Notes: a model not told the origin generated them from the sequence alone. DNA of 57,497 bases, filler included, from Stramenopiles sp. TOSAG23-3 (GCA_900128585.1; 3 parts of 3 records of this genome joined end to end with filler, not necessarily neighbours in it), one strand, 5' to 3'; counted from the first letter of the whole stretch, positions 32,371 through 43,185 are shown. Numbers and translations are program-made.

Positions 32371-34179
32371 ATGATCAGGAAACGCCAACCTGTAAACGAT
32401 ATGAAGAGGCACAGCAAGAATGACTTATCATACGTTCTGAAGCCCAACCAGAAATATCACCGTTTGAGTTATCATGATAAATACAAAACTTCTATACGAA
32501 AAGTTCGGGCTAATCTAGAGAGCAGCGTCGCCATCTATGAAATAGAAGAATTAGAGCAATGCCGTATTGAGGAATTGAAGCACTTTTTATGCACGAGTTT
32601 GAGAAATAAACGGGAATCTTCTGAAAGGGCACACGTCCTTAAAGACATGCTGAAACAAACTGAGAGACGTTATACAAAGTCCAGAGAAAAATACTTTTTC
32701 GGCCCAAAGATAAGGAATGTTCGAACCGTGTCAAGAGGACGGCCTCCTAAAATCGACGAGTACACCCCCAAGAGCCTGGTGCGGCCTGGCAAAACTAGCA
32801 GTAAACCTGATATTTGCAAAGTTATTCAGCCGGAACTGAAGGAGGATAAAATGAGAAAGACCCTCCCCCTTCATACTCCCAAGTACCCAAAAAGACCATT
32901 GCCTAAAACAATAAACTTCCACCCTTCGCCAAGATCGAGAGTGGTTGAAAATACGCGCAAACGGTCGAACATGTACCACAGCAATCAGTTTGACCGAATG
33001 ATAAGGACGACAAAAAAAAACACTGTAAGGGTTTTAAATTATAACGCCAAGACTAGACAAATGAACAGTGAAAGAGAGCGATCGTTGAAGAATTCGTTTA
33101 CGACTACAGCAAAGAAGACTACTCTCAACCGTGAGACTGAGGCAGGCGTCTCCATTCTCGACTCAATGCTGCAGGTAGCACCAAACGAAGACGACGTGCA
33201 CCCCGGCACCCCCTTGTATTACGAAAAGGAAGCGCAGAATGCAGAGTTCCTTATCGAGGTCTTAAAAGGGGCAGAGCGCTACAATTACACGGGTAAGAGA
33301 ACACGCCAAACTCGTCCAACGACTGCCTCGGGTTTTTCGCCTACCAATTCGTACTACAAGTGGAAAGCAAATAGACGCCCACGCACCGCAACTATTAAAA
33401 CTCCAACCCGGGGAGGATTGGGGCCCCAGCGCGCGCCTTTGTCAATAAGAACTGGGCGCGCAGTACCCTTCATCACGAGCCCGGCTGATCGATCTCCACC
33501 AAACCCGTTTAAGATCGCAAGCAAAATTGCCCTAAGTAGCGCGCTGCATGGCAAAGTTCAATGGGAATTGGGCCCATACGTGGACTTTTCGGTTTGTTGG
33601 AACTTGTCTCCAATAGAAGTAGAGGCAAAGTACGGGCACTTGAAAGCAAGAAAAGATGTCGCAGCATGCAAGGCCGTGCTGATTGAACAATATTACGCAA
33701 AACGGCAAGCCATCTGTAAGATTCAAAAATTTTCACGACGATGGAATTGGAGGAAAATTTGGAAAGGAACTATACGTACGTATATGGCTGTGGCAAAAGC
33801 AGCTGCAATAAAAATACAGCGGACGTGGCGAATGAAACACATGGGTCACATGATAAAATTGTTTTGTGCAGAGCGAAAAGCGGCTGCAAGGGTGATTCAG
33901 AGATGGTGGATTTCTATGCTTGGTGCTGGCATGTGTATAGATCACGCCCAAGTTAAAATGGAAAGGCAAAGAGCTGCAACGATAAATTTTTTCAACAGCA
34001 GAGTTCAAGAAAACGGCAGCTTTCAAAGAGAAGACTTTCACGACATGGTAGTCCAAGTCTTTCGCCAACCTTCCCTCAGTGACGATGACTTGGACAATAT
34101 TATGTTTGATTTAGTCGGAGAAACAAGCGGGAACATATCAATAGAGTCTATATTTCACTTCAGGCGGCGTGAGGGATAG
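32371..34179 (+). CDS. IQ-motif protein with a possible degenerate EF-hand at the C-terminus
   Basis: IQKFSRR, IQRTWRM, IQRWWIS; tail DLVGETSGNISIESI. Confidence 0.65.
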   Translation: MIRKRQPVNDMKRHSKNDLSYVLKPNQKYHRLSYHDKYKTSIRKVRANLESSVAIYEIEELEQCRIEELKHFLCTSLRNKRESSERAHVLKDMLKQTERRYTKSREKYFFGPKIRNVRTVSRGRPPKIDEYTPKSLVRPGKTSSKPDICKVIQPELKEDKMRKTLPLHTPKYPKRPLPKTINFHPSPRSRVVENTRKRSNMYHSNQFDRMIRTTKKNTVRVLNYNAKTRQMNSERERSLKNSFTTTAKKTTLNRETEAGVSILDSMLQVAPNEDDVHPGTPLYYEKEAQNAEFLIEVLKGAERYNYTGKRTRQTRPTTASGFSPTNSYYKWKANRRPRTATIKTPTRGGLGPQRAPLSIRTGRAVPFITSPADRSPPNPFKIASKIALSSALHGKVQWELGPYVDFSVCWNLSPIEVEAKYGHLKARKDVAACKAVLIEQYYAKRQAICKIQKFSRRWNWRKIWKGTIRTYMAVAKAAAIKIQRTWRMKHMGHMIKLFCAERKAAARVIQRWWISMLGAGMCIDHAQVKMERQRAATINFFNSRVQENGSFQREDFHDMVVQVFRQPSLSDDDLDNIMFDLVGETSGNISIESIFHFRRREG

Positions 34180-34336
34180 TGAAAAGAATTAATAAAGCAC
34201 TTGATTGACGCATTTATATGTATTTTTTTTAACAAGAAAATAGGGTGTTATTTCTATATACTTTTACGTAATTTATATAAATGTAATGATCTCACCTGTA
34301 TTTTACAGAATTTAAAATGTACTTACGCATAGAACA

Positions 34337-35461
34337 TTAAAATCCTCGAACTAATGCCACAGCAATACCACCAGCAAACATGGCAGCAACAGCCACGAAA
34401 CTTTTCATTCGCAAGTGACCTAAACCGCTGATTCCGTGCCCTGAAGTACATCCACCAGCGAGTTTTGCCCCAAACAATATTAAGAAGCCACCAATAATTT
34501 GCTCGATGGGCGTTATGAACTGTCCGTCCTTGCTTGGGAATCGCGACGTCCAGAGTGTTATCGCGTACATGAAGGCAAAAATGCCGGAGAGTAGGACGTA
34601 AATAAATTCCCAAAGGTCGTTGAGAGCGGCTCTCTGGCGAAACCGTTTAGGTGAACAAGGGAACATTCCGAAAATGAGCTTGGCTGTGGTCATATAAGCC
34701 GGACTGGATCCCAGGTGTTTACCCGCAGAAAGCATAAGGGGAAATTGCAAGGACCCAATCATTGGTCCGCACACGAACGGAGACCAAAGAGTGCTGGCAA
34801 TATCTTTCGAGACGTTTACTTTTCCCATGCCCGGAGAAAGTAATTCTGTCACTCCGGCAGATACAGCAAATACCAACGTGACAAAAAGACCAGTCGATAT
34901 GCGCGATTGGCCTGTCCAGCCATCTAGAGTGCACCTGTACTTCTTGCCTTCCGTGAAGTCCCAAAGAACCTGCACTTTCTGCATCCACGGTTTCAGAGCA
35001 ATGAACACGGATGCGCCAAGAACGGCCCCCAAAACCGTAAAAAGCCCTTCAGGGAGAAATCCAGATCCAATTTGTACCGGCAATGTGCCAGGGCAGGCCC
35101 CAGAAACGCTAATTCCCGCTCCAAGCGTTAGCCCGCCCATGCAAAGGGCAAAAAGACCGTTCTTATTGTTCTCCTTGTGCTTGTCTTCTGATATCAAGAG
35201 GCGCTTGTTTTTACCGGACCAATGTATCGCCGTGAATGCAAAGGTACTTGTCGCGGCCGCGCTGAGAAATGTTTTCAGCATTATGCTGGACGCAAATGTA
35301 AATTGAGCCTGCATAATAGGGACAAGGTAAAGCCCAGAATTATAAATGGCTAGGCTGAAAGTAGCGCCACTGAAAACCAAGGCAAACAGAAAGTTTGCAG
35401 CGCTGTACTCGGTCGCCACTGCCTTGGCTGCATCGGGATTAGTCATTGGAAGGTCGCTCAT
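34337..35461 (-). CDS. YeeE/YedE (thiosulfate/sulfur transport) family membrane protein
   Basis: Multi-TM; SGACPGT and GAKLAGGCTSGHGISG motifs. First ATG at 35461. Confidence 0.88.
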   Translation of the reverse strand: MSDLPMTNPDAAKAVATEYSAANFLFALVFSGATFSLAIYNSGLYLVPIMQAQFTFASSIMLKTFLSAAATSTFAFTAIHWSGKNKRLLISEDKHKENNKNGLFALCMGGLTLGAGISVSGACPGTLPVQIGSGFLPEGLFTVLGAVLGASVFIALKPWMQKVQVLWDFTEGKKYRCTLDGWTGQSRISTGLFVTLVFAVSAGVTELLSPGMGKVNVSKDIASTLWSPFVCGPMIGSLQFPLMLSAGKHLGSSPAYMTTAKLIFGMFPCSPKRFRQRAALNDLWEFIYVLLSGIFAFMYAITLWTSRFPSKDGQFITPIEQIIGGFLILFGAKLAGGCTSGHGISGLGHLRMKSFVAVAAMFAGGIAVALVRGF

Positions 35462-36143
35462 TGTACGAAGTTGTGTTCCTTTGTTGTGTAAAAAAATTAA
35501 AATGCGGGTGTTGGAATACAATTATTTCTTGAAATCTAGATCTTTTGATTCTTTTGATTCTTTAAAATGGTTTTTGTTATCAGAGAGAATTGCAACCGCA
35601 AAATTAATTAGAACAAAAGAATGACGTTCTTCAAACACTTCTTCTTAATATTGTACATTAATATTATTACTAGCCAGTATATATCATCATTGTTTTCTTT
35701 CTTTTTTTTTTGTACAATTGTTGTTGTAATTTAAACAATCACAATGCTATCTATATGTAAAATGTTGTTGATTTTCTATACCCAATTGTTTCTAATTTCA
35801 GGGCATGCGACTTTAATTGGAATAAGGGCATATGTACCAAAAACAAGAAACCATCAACAAATCTAAATTTATTCAATACTGTGTCCTTATTATACTACTT
35901 TTTTTTTGTTACCCATAAATGCCTCAAATTACACGCACAGTTGGTTGCATTTGTAGTCCTATATTAAAAATAAAAATACAAGGAATACAATAGTACCAAA
36001 TAGACTCCTCGCAGTCAATTTGTCTTCTTTGCATATTGAATATTGAAATAACAGCTGTAGATTCTATTTGACAATTCACTAATAATAGAATAGTCAGTCT
36101 GTTCTAGTATGCTATTTTAATGTTGAATTTTAGATAAACTTTC

Positions 36144-36213
36144 ATCATCAGCTGCTGCTTTATATTTTGCTGGTTTGGTTCTTCTATCATCAGCTGCTGC
36201 TTTTTATTTTGCT
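36144..36213 (+). repeat. 28-bp direct repeat in the divergent YeeE-SulP intergenic region
   Basis: atcatcagctgctgctttatattttgct (36144-36171) and atcatcagctgctgctttttattttgct (36186-36213). Confidence 0.85.
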
Positions 36214-36418
36214 ATTAATTATTTGGTGGTATCTTATTTCTAGAGATAGCAGTATTGGTATTGTTTACATCTTTCGTCTCCTCTGCATAATTATAAATTT
36301 TGAACACCATGGAAGGAGGACAAGAGTACATTCAAAGTTCTGTAGAGAGTCTTTTGGTTCAAATTAATTAGCTAAACATTGAAAACAGGCGAAGTCACAC
36401 CAACTCCCTTTACTGGAA

Positions 36419-38299
36419 ATGGATAAAATCTTTCCAATTGCGAAAGTTGTTAAAGACCGTGGTGCCGCCGTGGTAGCCAAAGAGGCTATTGTTCCGGCCA
36501 TCGCAGTTCTTTTTATGATAGTCCCTCAATCGTTGGCATATGCTACACTGGCGGGAGTCCCTCCAATATACGGGCTTTACTCGAGCACGCTGCCTTTGCT
36601 GGTGTACGGGCTTTTCGGAACGTCGGGCCAAGTCGCTGTCGGCCCGGTGGCGATGATATCACTGCTCAGCTCTGGCGCTATAAATGCGCTGCAGGACGTA
36701 GCCCCAGAGGACATCGTTGCACTAACGCATCTGTTGGCGCTCTTGTCCGGCATCTCCTCGTTAATTCTTGGGCTTCTGCAGATGGGTGGCATCACACACT
36801 TGCTTTCTCATGAAGTTTTAGGCGGTTTCACCACAGCTGCAGCAATAATTATAGCGTCCAGCCAGATGAAGTACGTCCTTGGAGTCCAGATTGGCCGGCA
36901 CCACTACCCTGTGGAGACTGTGCTGGACGTGCTCTCGCAAGTTCATAACTCCAACGTGGCAGAAATTTTGATATCGACAGTGAGCTTTTTAGTCCTAATA
37001 GCTTTAAAGGTATGGAAGAAGAAATTTTCTGCCCCTCTGGCTAGGCCAAAAAAACAATCCGTGGCCTTTAAGATTATGGCGGTTGCTGCTCGATTCTCTG
37101 CACTGGTAGTGGTCGGCTTGGCGTCTGCCATTGCGGCGGTTATGCTTGCGAACGGTGTGAGCGTGAACGTTGTTGGGAAGCAGCCATCTGGGATCCCCAC
37201 TCCAACTATGGTGCTGTCCAACCCAGCAGTGATCGCGAGAATACCGGAACTCATTTTACCAGCAATTACCATAGCATTAATTGGGTTTGCGGAGTCCTAT
37301 GCTGTCGGAAAAGTCTATGACAAGGGAGGAGCCATGCGACCGAACAGAGAGCTCGTAGCGATTGGTGCTGCGAACATAGTTGGAGCGTTTTTTAACGCGA
37401 TACCAGTCGCTGGAAGCTTCGGTAGAACCGCTGTGAATGCAAACGCGGGGTCCAAAACGACCTTGTCGAACTTTTTTACTGGGCTTGGGGTTATACTCGT
37501 GCTGCTAGTGTTGAGTCCAGGCATGGAGTACGTCCCGTACTCTGCTTTAGCGTCCATTATCATTATCTCAGTGATTGGTTTGATCAAGTTGGACTCGTTC
37601 AAACAAGCCTGGAAAGTCAATCGTTCCGATTTTGCTGTTCTTGCAACAACTCTTGTGGCAACACTGGCGCTTGGTATTGAGTTGGGTGTCGCTGTAGGGA
37701 CAGGCTTTTCCATTTTGAACATAATTCGCGAGTCTTCGTCTCCCCACATGCCACTGTTGGGGCAGGTGGAGGCCGAGGATCCAAAGATGACAAAGAGGCG
37801 ACAATGGCGGGACATTGAGCGGTTTCCGAACTCTTACCGCCCCCCTGGTTCTCTTATTATTCGCTTTGACAGCTCTTTGTTCTTTGTAAACTGTGCCGTC
37901 TTTGAAGATAAGATAATGACCGAATTAAGCGCCATAAAAGCGTTAGATAATGAAGAAGAGATTAGAAGTGTCATCGTAGACCTGTCCCCTGTGAATAGAA
38001 TTGACCTCTCCGGTCTTCATATGCTATCCGACATTGAAGATAAACTGAGAGCGGAGGACACTGCGCTCGTCTTTGCGTGTGCTAAAGGCGCCGTGCGAGA
38101 TACATTTCAAAAGTGGTCAATGGCAACCGCAAGGGCGCCTTTCCAGCACTACTCGTCGATACAAAGTGCAGTGCAGCACAAGAAAGTGGACACTGAGGTT
38201 ACGGCAGAGGGAAAAATCGAAATGGAGAATTTGTTGGAAAACACTGGCGTGACATGCGAGGAGGCCACTGTTGAAATTGAGATTCTATCAGAAAATTAA
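36419..38299 (+). CDS. SulP/SLC26 sulfate (anion) transporter with STAS domain
   Basis: PQSLAYATLAGVPPIYGLYS, GPVA, NRELVAIGAANIVG, GSFGRTAVN; STAS motifs FDSSLFFVN and DLSPVNRIDLSG. Confidence 0.95.
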   Translation: MDKIFPIAKVVKDRGAAVVAKEAIVPAIAVLFMIVPQSLAYATLAGVPPIYGLYSSTLPLLVYGLFGTSGQVAVGPVAMISLLSSGAINALQDVAPEDIVALTHLLALLSGISSLILGLLQMGGITHLLSHEVLGGFTTAAAIIIASSQMKYVLGVQIGRHHYPVETVLDVLSQVHNSNVAEILISTVSFLVLIALKVWKKKFSAPLARPKKQSVAFKIMAVAARFSALVVVGLASAIAAVMLANGVSVNVVGKQPSGIPTPTMVLSNPAVIARIPELILPAITIALIGFAESYAVGKVYDKGGAMRPNRELVAIGAANIVGAFFNAIPVAGSFGRTAVNANAGSKTTLSNFFTGLGVILVLLVLSPGMEYVPYSALASIIIISVIGLIKLDSFKQAWKVNRSDFAVLATTLVATLALGIELGVAVGTGFSILNIIRESSSPHMPLLGQVEAEDPKMTKRRQWRDIERFPNSYRPPGSLIIRFDSSLFFVNCAVFEDKIMTELSAIKALDNEEEIRSVIVDLSPVNRIDLSGLHMLSDIEDKLRAEDTALVFACAKGAVRDTFQKWSMATARAPFQHYSSIQSAVQHKKVDTEVTAEGKIEMENLLENTGVTCEEATVEIEILSEN

Positions 38300-38330
38300 A
38301 AAAAATAATTAAATGCGCAAAATTTGTCTC

Positions 38331-38430
38331 NNNNNNNNNNNNNNNNNNNNNNNNNNNNNNNNNNNNNNNNNNNNTTAATTAATTAANNNNNNNNNNNNNN
38401 NNNNNNNNNNNNNNNNNNNNNNNNNNNNNN
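38331..38430. other. Artificial contig linker
   Basis: 44 N + TTAATTAATTAA + 44 N, identical to 19117-19216. Confidence 0.95.
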
Positions 38431-38574
38431 GAGAAGAGTGACTAAAATTTGGAAAAATTTGACTTGCTCGTAAATATTTTTGTACAGCGCAATCCGGCGT
38501 CGTTGCAGGGTGTTAATACATACATTTTAGCTTGATATTTTCTAGGAGAGCGAGTTACAGTGCGCGTTTTTTCT

Positions 38575-40005
38575 CTACTTTGGATTCTTTTCGACCACGG
38601 ACTTTAACATTTCAAATTGCTTTGCATTCTCCGCGTCCAGCACCCGCCCTGTTTTGGCCTTCACGTCCGACCCATAAGCAACGAACTTGTCGAACTTTTC
38701 CGCCTTCAAGTTCAAACTAAACTTGCTCAACTTATCGACAGTGTTGGCCATGTCCCACCTACTGCACAAACTCTCTATATGTCTCTCTTCTTCTTTCTTC
38801 AGCGCGATGTCCTCGTCGCCCTCGTCCACCAGCACTCCCATGAGAACTTCGTCCAAGCCCTCCTGCGCTTCTGTTTGATGGTGGCGATCTAAAAAGGAGA
38901 CTTCCGTCTCCCAAGACTCATTGCTATCGTCAAACTGTTTATTGTCCTTTGCTAGCCCGGCAAGGGTTTCTACATCGATGCAAGCATCCCCCTGAAAATA
39001 TTCGACATTCTTCCAGTCGACCGCGGCCTGCCCCGAATTCAATGCGGTGGGCTCGGAGAAAATAGCCTCGCTGTCGAAACGCTCTACTGCGCTATGGTTC
39101 AGCAAATTCTTTATCAACGAGAACATCGGGCTGTCGGAAGCCATTTTGTTCGATTCTGGTACTTTCACGGGGTTTGTGGATTTTGCTCTCTGAACGGACT
39201 CCGTGTCTTCGTTTAAGTTTTCGTTCGCGCCCATTCTAAACAGTGCCTGCCCGTGCAGTATCTCGTACAGTATGCAGCCAAAAGCCCACCAATCGTCTTT
39301 GGGGGAAAGTACTTTTTCTTCGTCTTCACTTCCAGAGCTGCCGTCGGGTGCATCATACAATACGTCTTCTAAAGCGTATATGTCGTTAGGACCCGTCGCA
39401 AGAACGTAGGAAGGGTACATACTAATTCGCACGTGCCCGCTGGGTGTGATCAACACGTTTGCCGCGCGCAGGTCTCCGTGCACCATGCCTTGCTTGTGCA
39501 AGCAGTCCAGGCCGCTCACGATCTCCGCGCCGAGCCTGCTCGCTGTTTCCAAATCAAACCCAGAACGATAGTTCAAACTCATCAAGTGCACTATGTCAAA
39601 AGCGTACGGGTTGGTTACGAGGTACCACGTTCGAAATGTTGGGGAGTGGAACGAGTGAAAAAGCCGGAGCAAGTAATGGTTTTCGAAGTCATGGGCAACT
39701 CTGGAAGCCTCTATCGTTTGCTCCAGTTTCACCGGGTTCTCCTCAAGCGCCTCGCGCCGAAAAGCCTTCAAACACACTTGCCGATCCGCTTGGCCTTCTA
39801 CAGTACAAACCCTGAGAGACTCTGCGGGTGTGTCGGTCAACTTGATCAAGTAGTTCGTCCGAAAATATCCAGTATCCACTGCAAAAGATTTGTTGTCTGT
39901 CCCCGAGGCCGCCGGCTCGTACTTGTAGCTATCGCCCACCCCAACCCGTCTCGGCGAACCCCCCGCCGTCGCTTTCTCGTTCGTCTTGCTTGCAGTACAT
40001 CCCAT
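38575..40005 (-). CDS. Protein kinase-fold protein, probable pseudokinase, likely N-acylated
   Basis: MGCTAS; VCLK; HGDLRAANVLI; DWWAFGCILYE; lacks GxGxxG and DFG (SMY at that position); APE appears as APD. Confidence 0.8.
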   Translation of the reverse strand: MGCTASKTNEKATAGGSPRRVGVGDSYKYEPAASGTDNKSFAVDTGYFRTNYLIKLTDTPAESLRVCTVEGQADRQVCLKAFRREALEENPVKLEQTIEASRVAHDFENHYLLRLFHSFHSPTFRTWYLVTNPYAFDIVHLMSLNYRSGFDLETASRLGAEIVSGLDCLHKQGMVHGDLRAANVLITPSGHVRISMYPSYVLATGPNDIYALEDVLYDAPDGSSGSEDEEKVLSPKDDWWAFGCILYEILHGQALFRMGANENLNEDTESVQRAKSTNPVKVPESNKMASDSPMFSLIKNLLNHSAVERFDSEAIFSEPTALNSGQAAVDWKNVEYFQGDACIDVETLAGLAKDNKQFDDSNESWETEVSFLDRHHQTEAQEGLDEVLMGVLVDEGDEDIALKKEEERHIESLCSRWDMANTVDKLSKFSLNLKAEKFDKFVAYGSDVKAKTGRVLDAENAKQFEMLKSVVEKNPK

Positions 40006-40995
40006 ATTGAGTTACACTGACGCCTGTGCCGTGACACTTGCTTTGACTTCAGCCGTCGCTTTACTTTGTATCTCTTTCCTAAAATTTGTAGAAACGGGCG
40101 GGTAATATTCCCATGGAAAAATCTCAGCCTATCCGGCCAAACAATCGAATGCAGACTATTAAAAATATATTAATAATAATAACGGCAACCCAACAACAAG
40201 CACAGCAGGACGGACGAAGAAAAAAGAAAGACAAAAGAAAGACAAAAAAAAGAAGATGAAATAGCATCAGTCGTCAAACAGAAAAAAACTTATTTACAAC
40301 CGATTCATCAACCAACATCATTAAAATGAGGACAATCTACATACACACACAATGAAAACCTTCCCGTTATTATTATTTAATATCCAGTTTATTTTTTTCA
40401 TCCGCCTGCCTGTGTAATGTACATTATTCGACTACGATGAGGTAGTATATAAGTACGAGGAGGAAAGGAGAAAATAAAGGAGCGCTCTTTTCTCTCTTCT
40501 CTCTCTCTTCTCTCTCTCTTTTTTTCCGTCCTGCCTGTGGACAAGTTGAACAAAAAAAATTAAGAAGAGAATATATATAATAATAATAGCATTATTATTA
40601 TTATATTACAACAAAGCAAGAAGAAGAAAGAAATCCTTTTTTTCTTCTTCTTCTTCTATTTTTTATTATTTTACGTACCGTACTACTACCAGGTACCAAA
40701 ACCAGGAACAGGTACCACGGGGGTACGGAAGAATATAAAAAATATTTTAATATAATAATAATACCAACTCCCTCTCTCGTATTTTTTTAGTGAAACAACA
40801 ATAACAAAATAAAACCCAACCAATACACTTGATGAACATCGCACACGGTGTGTATAAACTATTTTTGAATACTGAGGAGGGAAAAATCCTTCGTTTGCGC
40901 ATGCAATTTTTTTGTTTACTTTTATTGGAATCTGTTTTGTTTTGAAAGTGCTCCGATACAACAACAAAAGTATGCCGTTCTGCTCGTCAAACACT

Positions 40996-42705
40996 ATGGT
41001 GCACAAACTCACGCTCCTTTTGTTCCTTTGCTGCGCCGGACTAAGCGTTGCGCAAGGAACCACAACCAAAACGTTCGGAAATGCTTTGCAGGGCAAGCCT
41101 GCCGACGTCCTTACCAAAAGCTTGCAGGACAATGCTGCGACTAAGGTAATACCTGTAATTTGCAACGGGACGTGCGATGTCTCATCGTGCGACTTCGTTG
41201 GAGATCTGTGCTTGAACAGGATCGACTTTGCAGGTGGCAACTTCGACCGCCGCACAGGGGAGTCCTGCGCGCCAAACACTTGGGGGGTCCTTTTCGAGAT
41301 TCTCCTGTTTCTGTACGCAATGCTTGGCTTGGCAATCGTGTGCGACGACCACTTGTGTGTTGCGCTGGAACGACTGTGCGACGAATTGATGATTCGTGAG
41401 GACGTTGCCGGGGCTACTTTTATGGCCTTTGGCAGCGCTGCGCCAGAAATTATTGTCAATACTGTTGGCACGGTAAAGCAAGTCAGATCATTTCCTCCGA
41501 CACCCGCAGCCCTGGACGCAACAAACTTGGGGGTAGGGGCCATCCTGGGCAGTGGAATGATTGCCTTTTTGATCATCCCGGGCGCTTGCGCGTTGTCGAC
41601 CGGCGACGGCATTGAACTGCTGCTGAAGAGAAGGCCTTTGCTGCGGGACGTAAGTGCCTATGCCATGGCTTTGCTGTTGCTTTGCATTTTCTTTCACGAC
41701 GGTGTGATCATGCCGTACGAGGCGGGGATTCTGGTCGGCTTTTACGCGCTTTACGTATCGGTCGTGATCTTTGCCCCAAAGGTTCGTGAGGAGTACCGCC
41801 ACCGCATCCTAAAAAGACCAAAGAAAAAGCGAAAGAGTTTCGTAAATAAAAAGAGTAATGCCGGGCAAGCACCGCTCCTTTCGCTCGATGAAAGAACCCA
41901 AGATTTTGGCTCGGTGGACGACACCGCCGTTGCAATCGAGCCGAGCGACGATTCAACGAGGAAGACCGTCTCGTTCGCCGACAATGTGACTGCTAGTAGC
42001 ATTAATGGCGCCCCTGGTGCAGACGCGGTAGAAGGCAATTATGACGTTAATTTAATCGACGATGAAGACGGGAGTACGTCCGCGTTTGGTCGCCTTATCG
42101 AGTTTGTGGCGAGGCCGCTGACCTTTATGTTTGAATGGACTTGTGTCAATTGCGAAGAAGGGTCGAAATACCAGCACTACTACCCCTTGACTTTCCTTGT
42201 TTCGTTTATTTGGGTAGCAATGTTTAGTATGGTAATTAGCTCGTGCGTTGCACGGTGGACAGAGTTCACGCCGCCGTGGGCTAAAGGAAGTTTTTTTGGG
42301 CTGATTACAATTGCCATTGGCGCGGAAATCCCGGACACGATTCAGTCGGTAACCATGGCAAAGCGAGGCTATGGGAGCATGGCAGTATCGAATGCACTAG
42401 GCTCTCAAATCATCAATATTTTGCTTGGCCTTGGCCTGCCGTGGCTCATAGCGAATTTGGCAATGAAAGAGGGGCACTTGCAAGTTACGGATCACTCTGA
42501 CTTGCAATTTGCAGCGTTTTTCCAATTCGGAGCCGTTGCGCTTAACTTGTTGTTGCTGCTAGGGATGGCGCTCTATTGGGGACAAAATAAGGCGACGCTA
42601 ACGATAGGGAAAGGAAAGCTGTTCATTGCAGCTTATGCAGTAGTCGTAGGTTCTTACGTCTTGCTGATGTTGACAAAAGTTCACAAAGATCCTTGCAAAG
42701 AATAA
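40996..42705 (+). CDS. K+-dependent Na+/Ca2+ exchanger-like (NCKX/CaCA family)
   Basis: Signal peptide; LAIVCDD; alpha-1 DVAGATFMAFGSAAPE; alpha-2 IAIGAEIPD..GSMAVSNALGS. ATG 40972 is an alternative start. Confidence 0.92.
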   Translation: MVHKLTLLLFLCCAGLSVAQGTTTKTFGNALQGKPADVLTKSLQDNAATKVIPVICNGTCDVSSCDFVGDLCLNRIDFAGGNFDRRTGESCAPNTWGVLFEILLFLYAMLGLAIVCDDHLCVALERLCDELMIREDVAGATFMAFGSAAPEIIVNTVGTVKQVRSFPPTPAALDATNLGVGAILGSGMIAFLIIPGACALSTGDGIELLLKRRPLLRDVSAYAMALLLLCIFFHDGVIMPYEAGILVGFYALYVSVVIFAPKVREEYRHRILKRPKKKRKSFVNKKSNAGQAPLLSLDERTQDFGSVDDTAVAIEPSDDSTRKTVSFADNVTASSINGAPGADAVEGNYDVNLIDDEDGSTSAFGRLIEFVARPLTFMFEWTCVNCEEGSKYQHYYPLTFLVSFIWVAMFSMVISSCVARWTEFTPPWAKGSFFGLITIAIGAEIPDTIQSVTMAKRGYGSMAVSNALGSQIINILLGLGLPWLIANLAMKEGHLQVTDHSDLQFAAFFQFGAVALNLLLLLGMALYWGQNKATLTIGKGKLFIAAYAVVVGSYVLLMLTKVHKDPCKE

Positions 42706-43185
42706 ACTTTCCAAGATGTTGGTAAAAGCGTATTTGTTTTTATTTTTTTAAATAATATATATCATACCTGATTAGTAAAATCAACAACAGTGCGGTTTCT
42801 ATCTCGACGCTATACCTATGTAAAATCGTGTGAAGTGGCGTAATTTCGGATTCCTACTCTCTTTCTTCTCTGATGACCTCTGAAGGAGGGTTTTTTTGGT
42901 GTTGTTGGTTTTTTATTATACCAAGAAGAAGAAGGGGTTGTTGTTGTTTGGTACGGCGGTGTCTTGTTTCTTCTTCGTCTACTGCTATTCTATATACTAT
43001 CTTCTTTTTTTCTCTTCTTCTTCTTTCTTATTTATTTTATTACTACTACGAGGACTCATACAAATGAAAAAATCCATTGTTAAAGCCAAACCAAATTAAT
43101 CCCAATTAAAAATGGGGGGGGGCGTCCCTAGACAGACTAAGTACAAATACATTTTGCTTGTGATCGCAGTAATGAAACCGAAAAG

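Noticed and set aside
36309-36418. Possible extra 5' exon and intron for the SulP gene
   Set aside because: An acceptor-like AAACAG exists at about 36388, but there is no GTAAGT-like donor giving the right frame, and ATG 36419 already yields a plausible N-terminus.
39450-39485. HGDLRAAN as evidence for a Src-like tyrosine kinase
   Set aside because: No SH2/SH3 domains or tyrosine-kinase subdomain VIII motif; the rest of the domain looks Ser/Thr-type and degenerate.
40686-41612. Long antisense or alternative-frame ORFs (e.g. 40686-41612, 3037-3888, 935-1615, 46835-47563)
   Set aside because: They overlap well-supported genes and show no recognisable motifs; expected shadows of GC-rich coding sequence.
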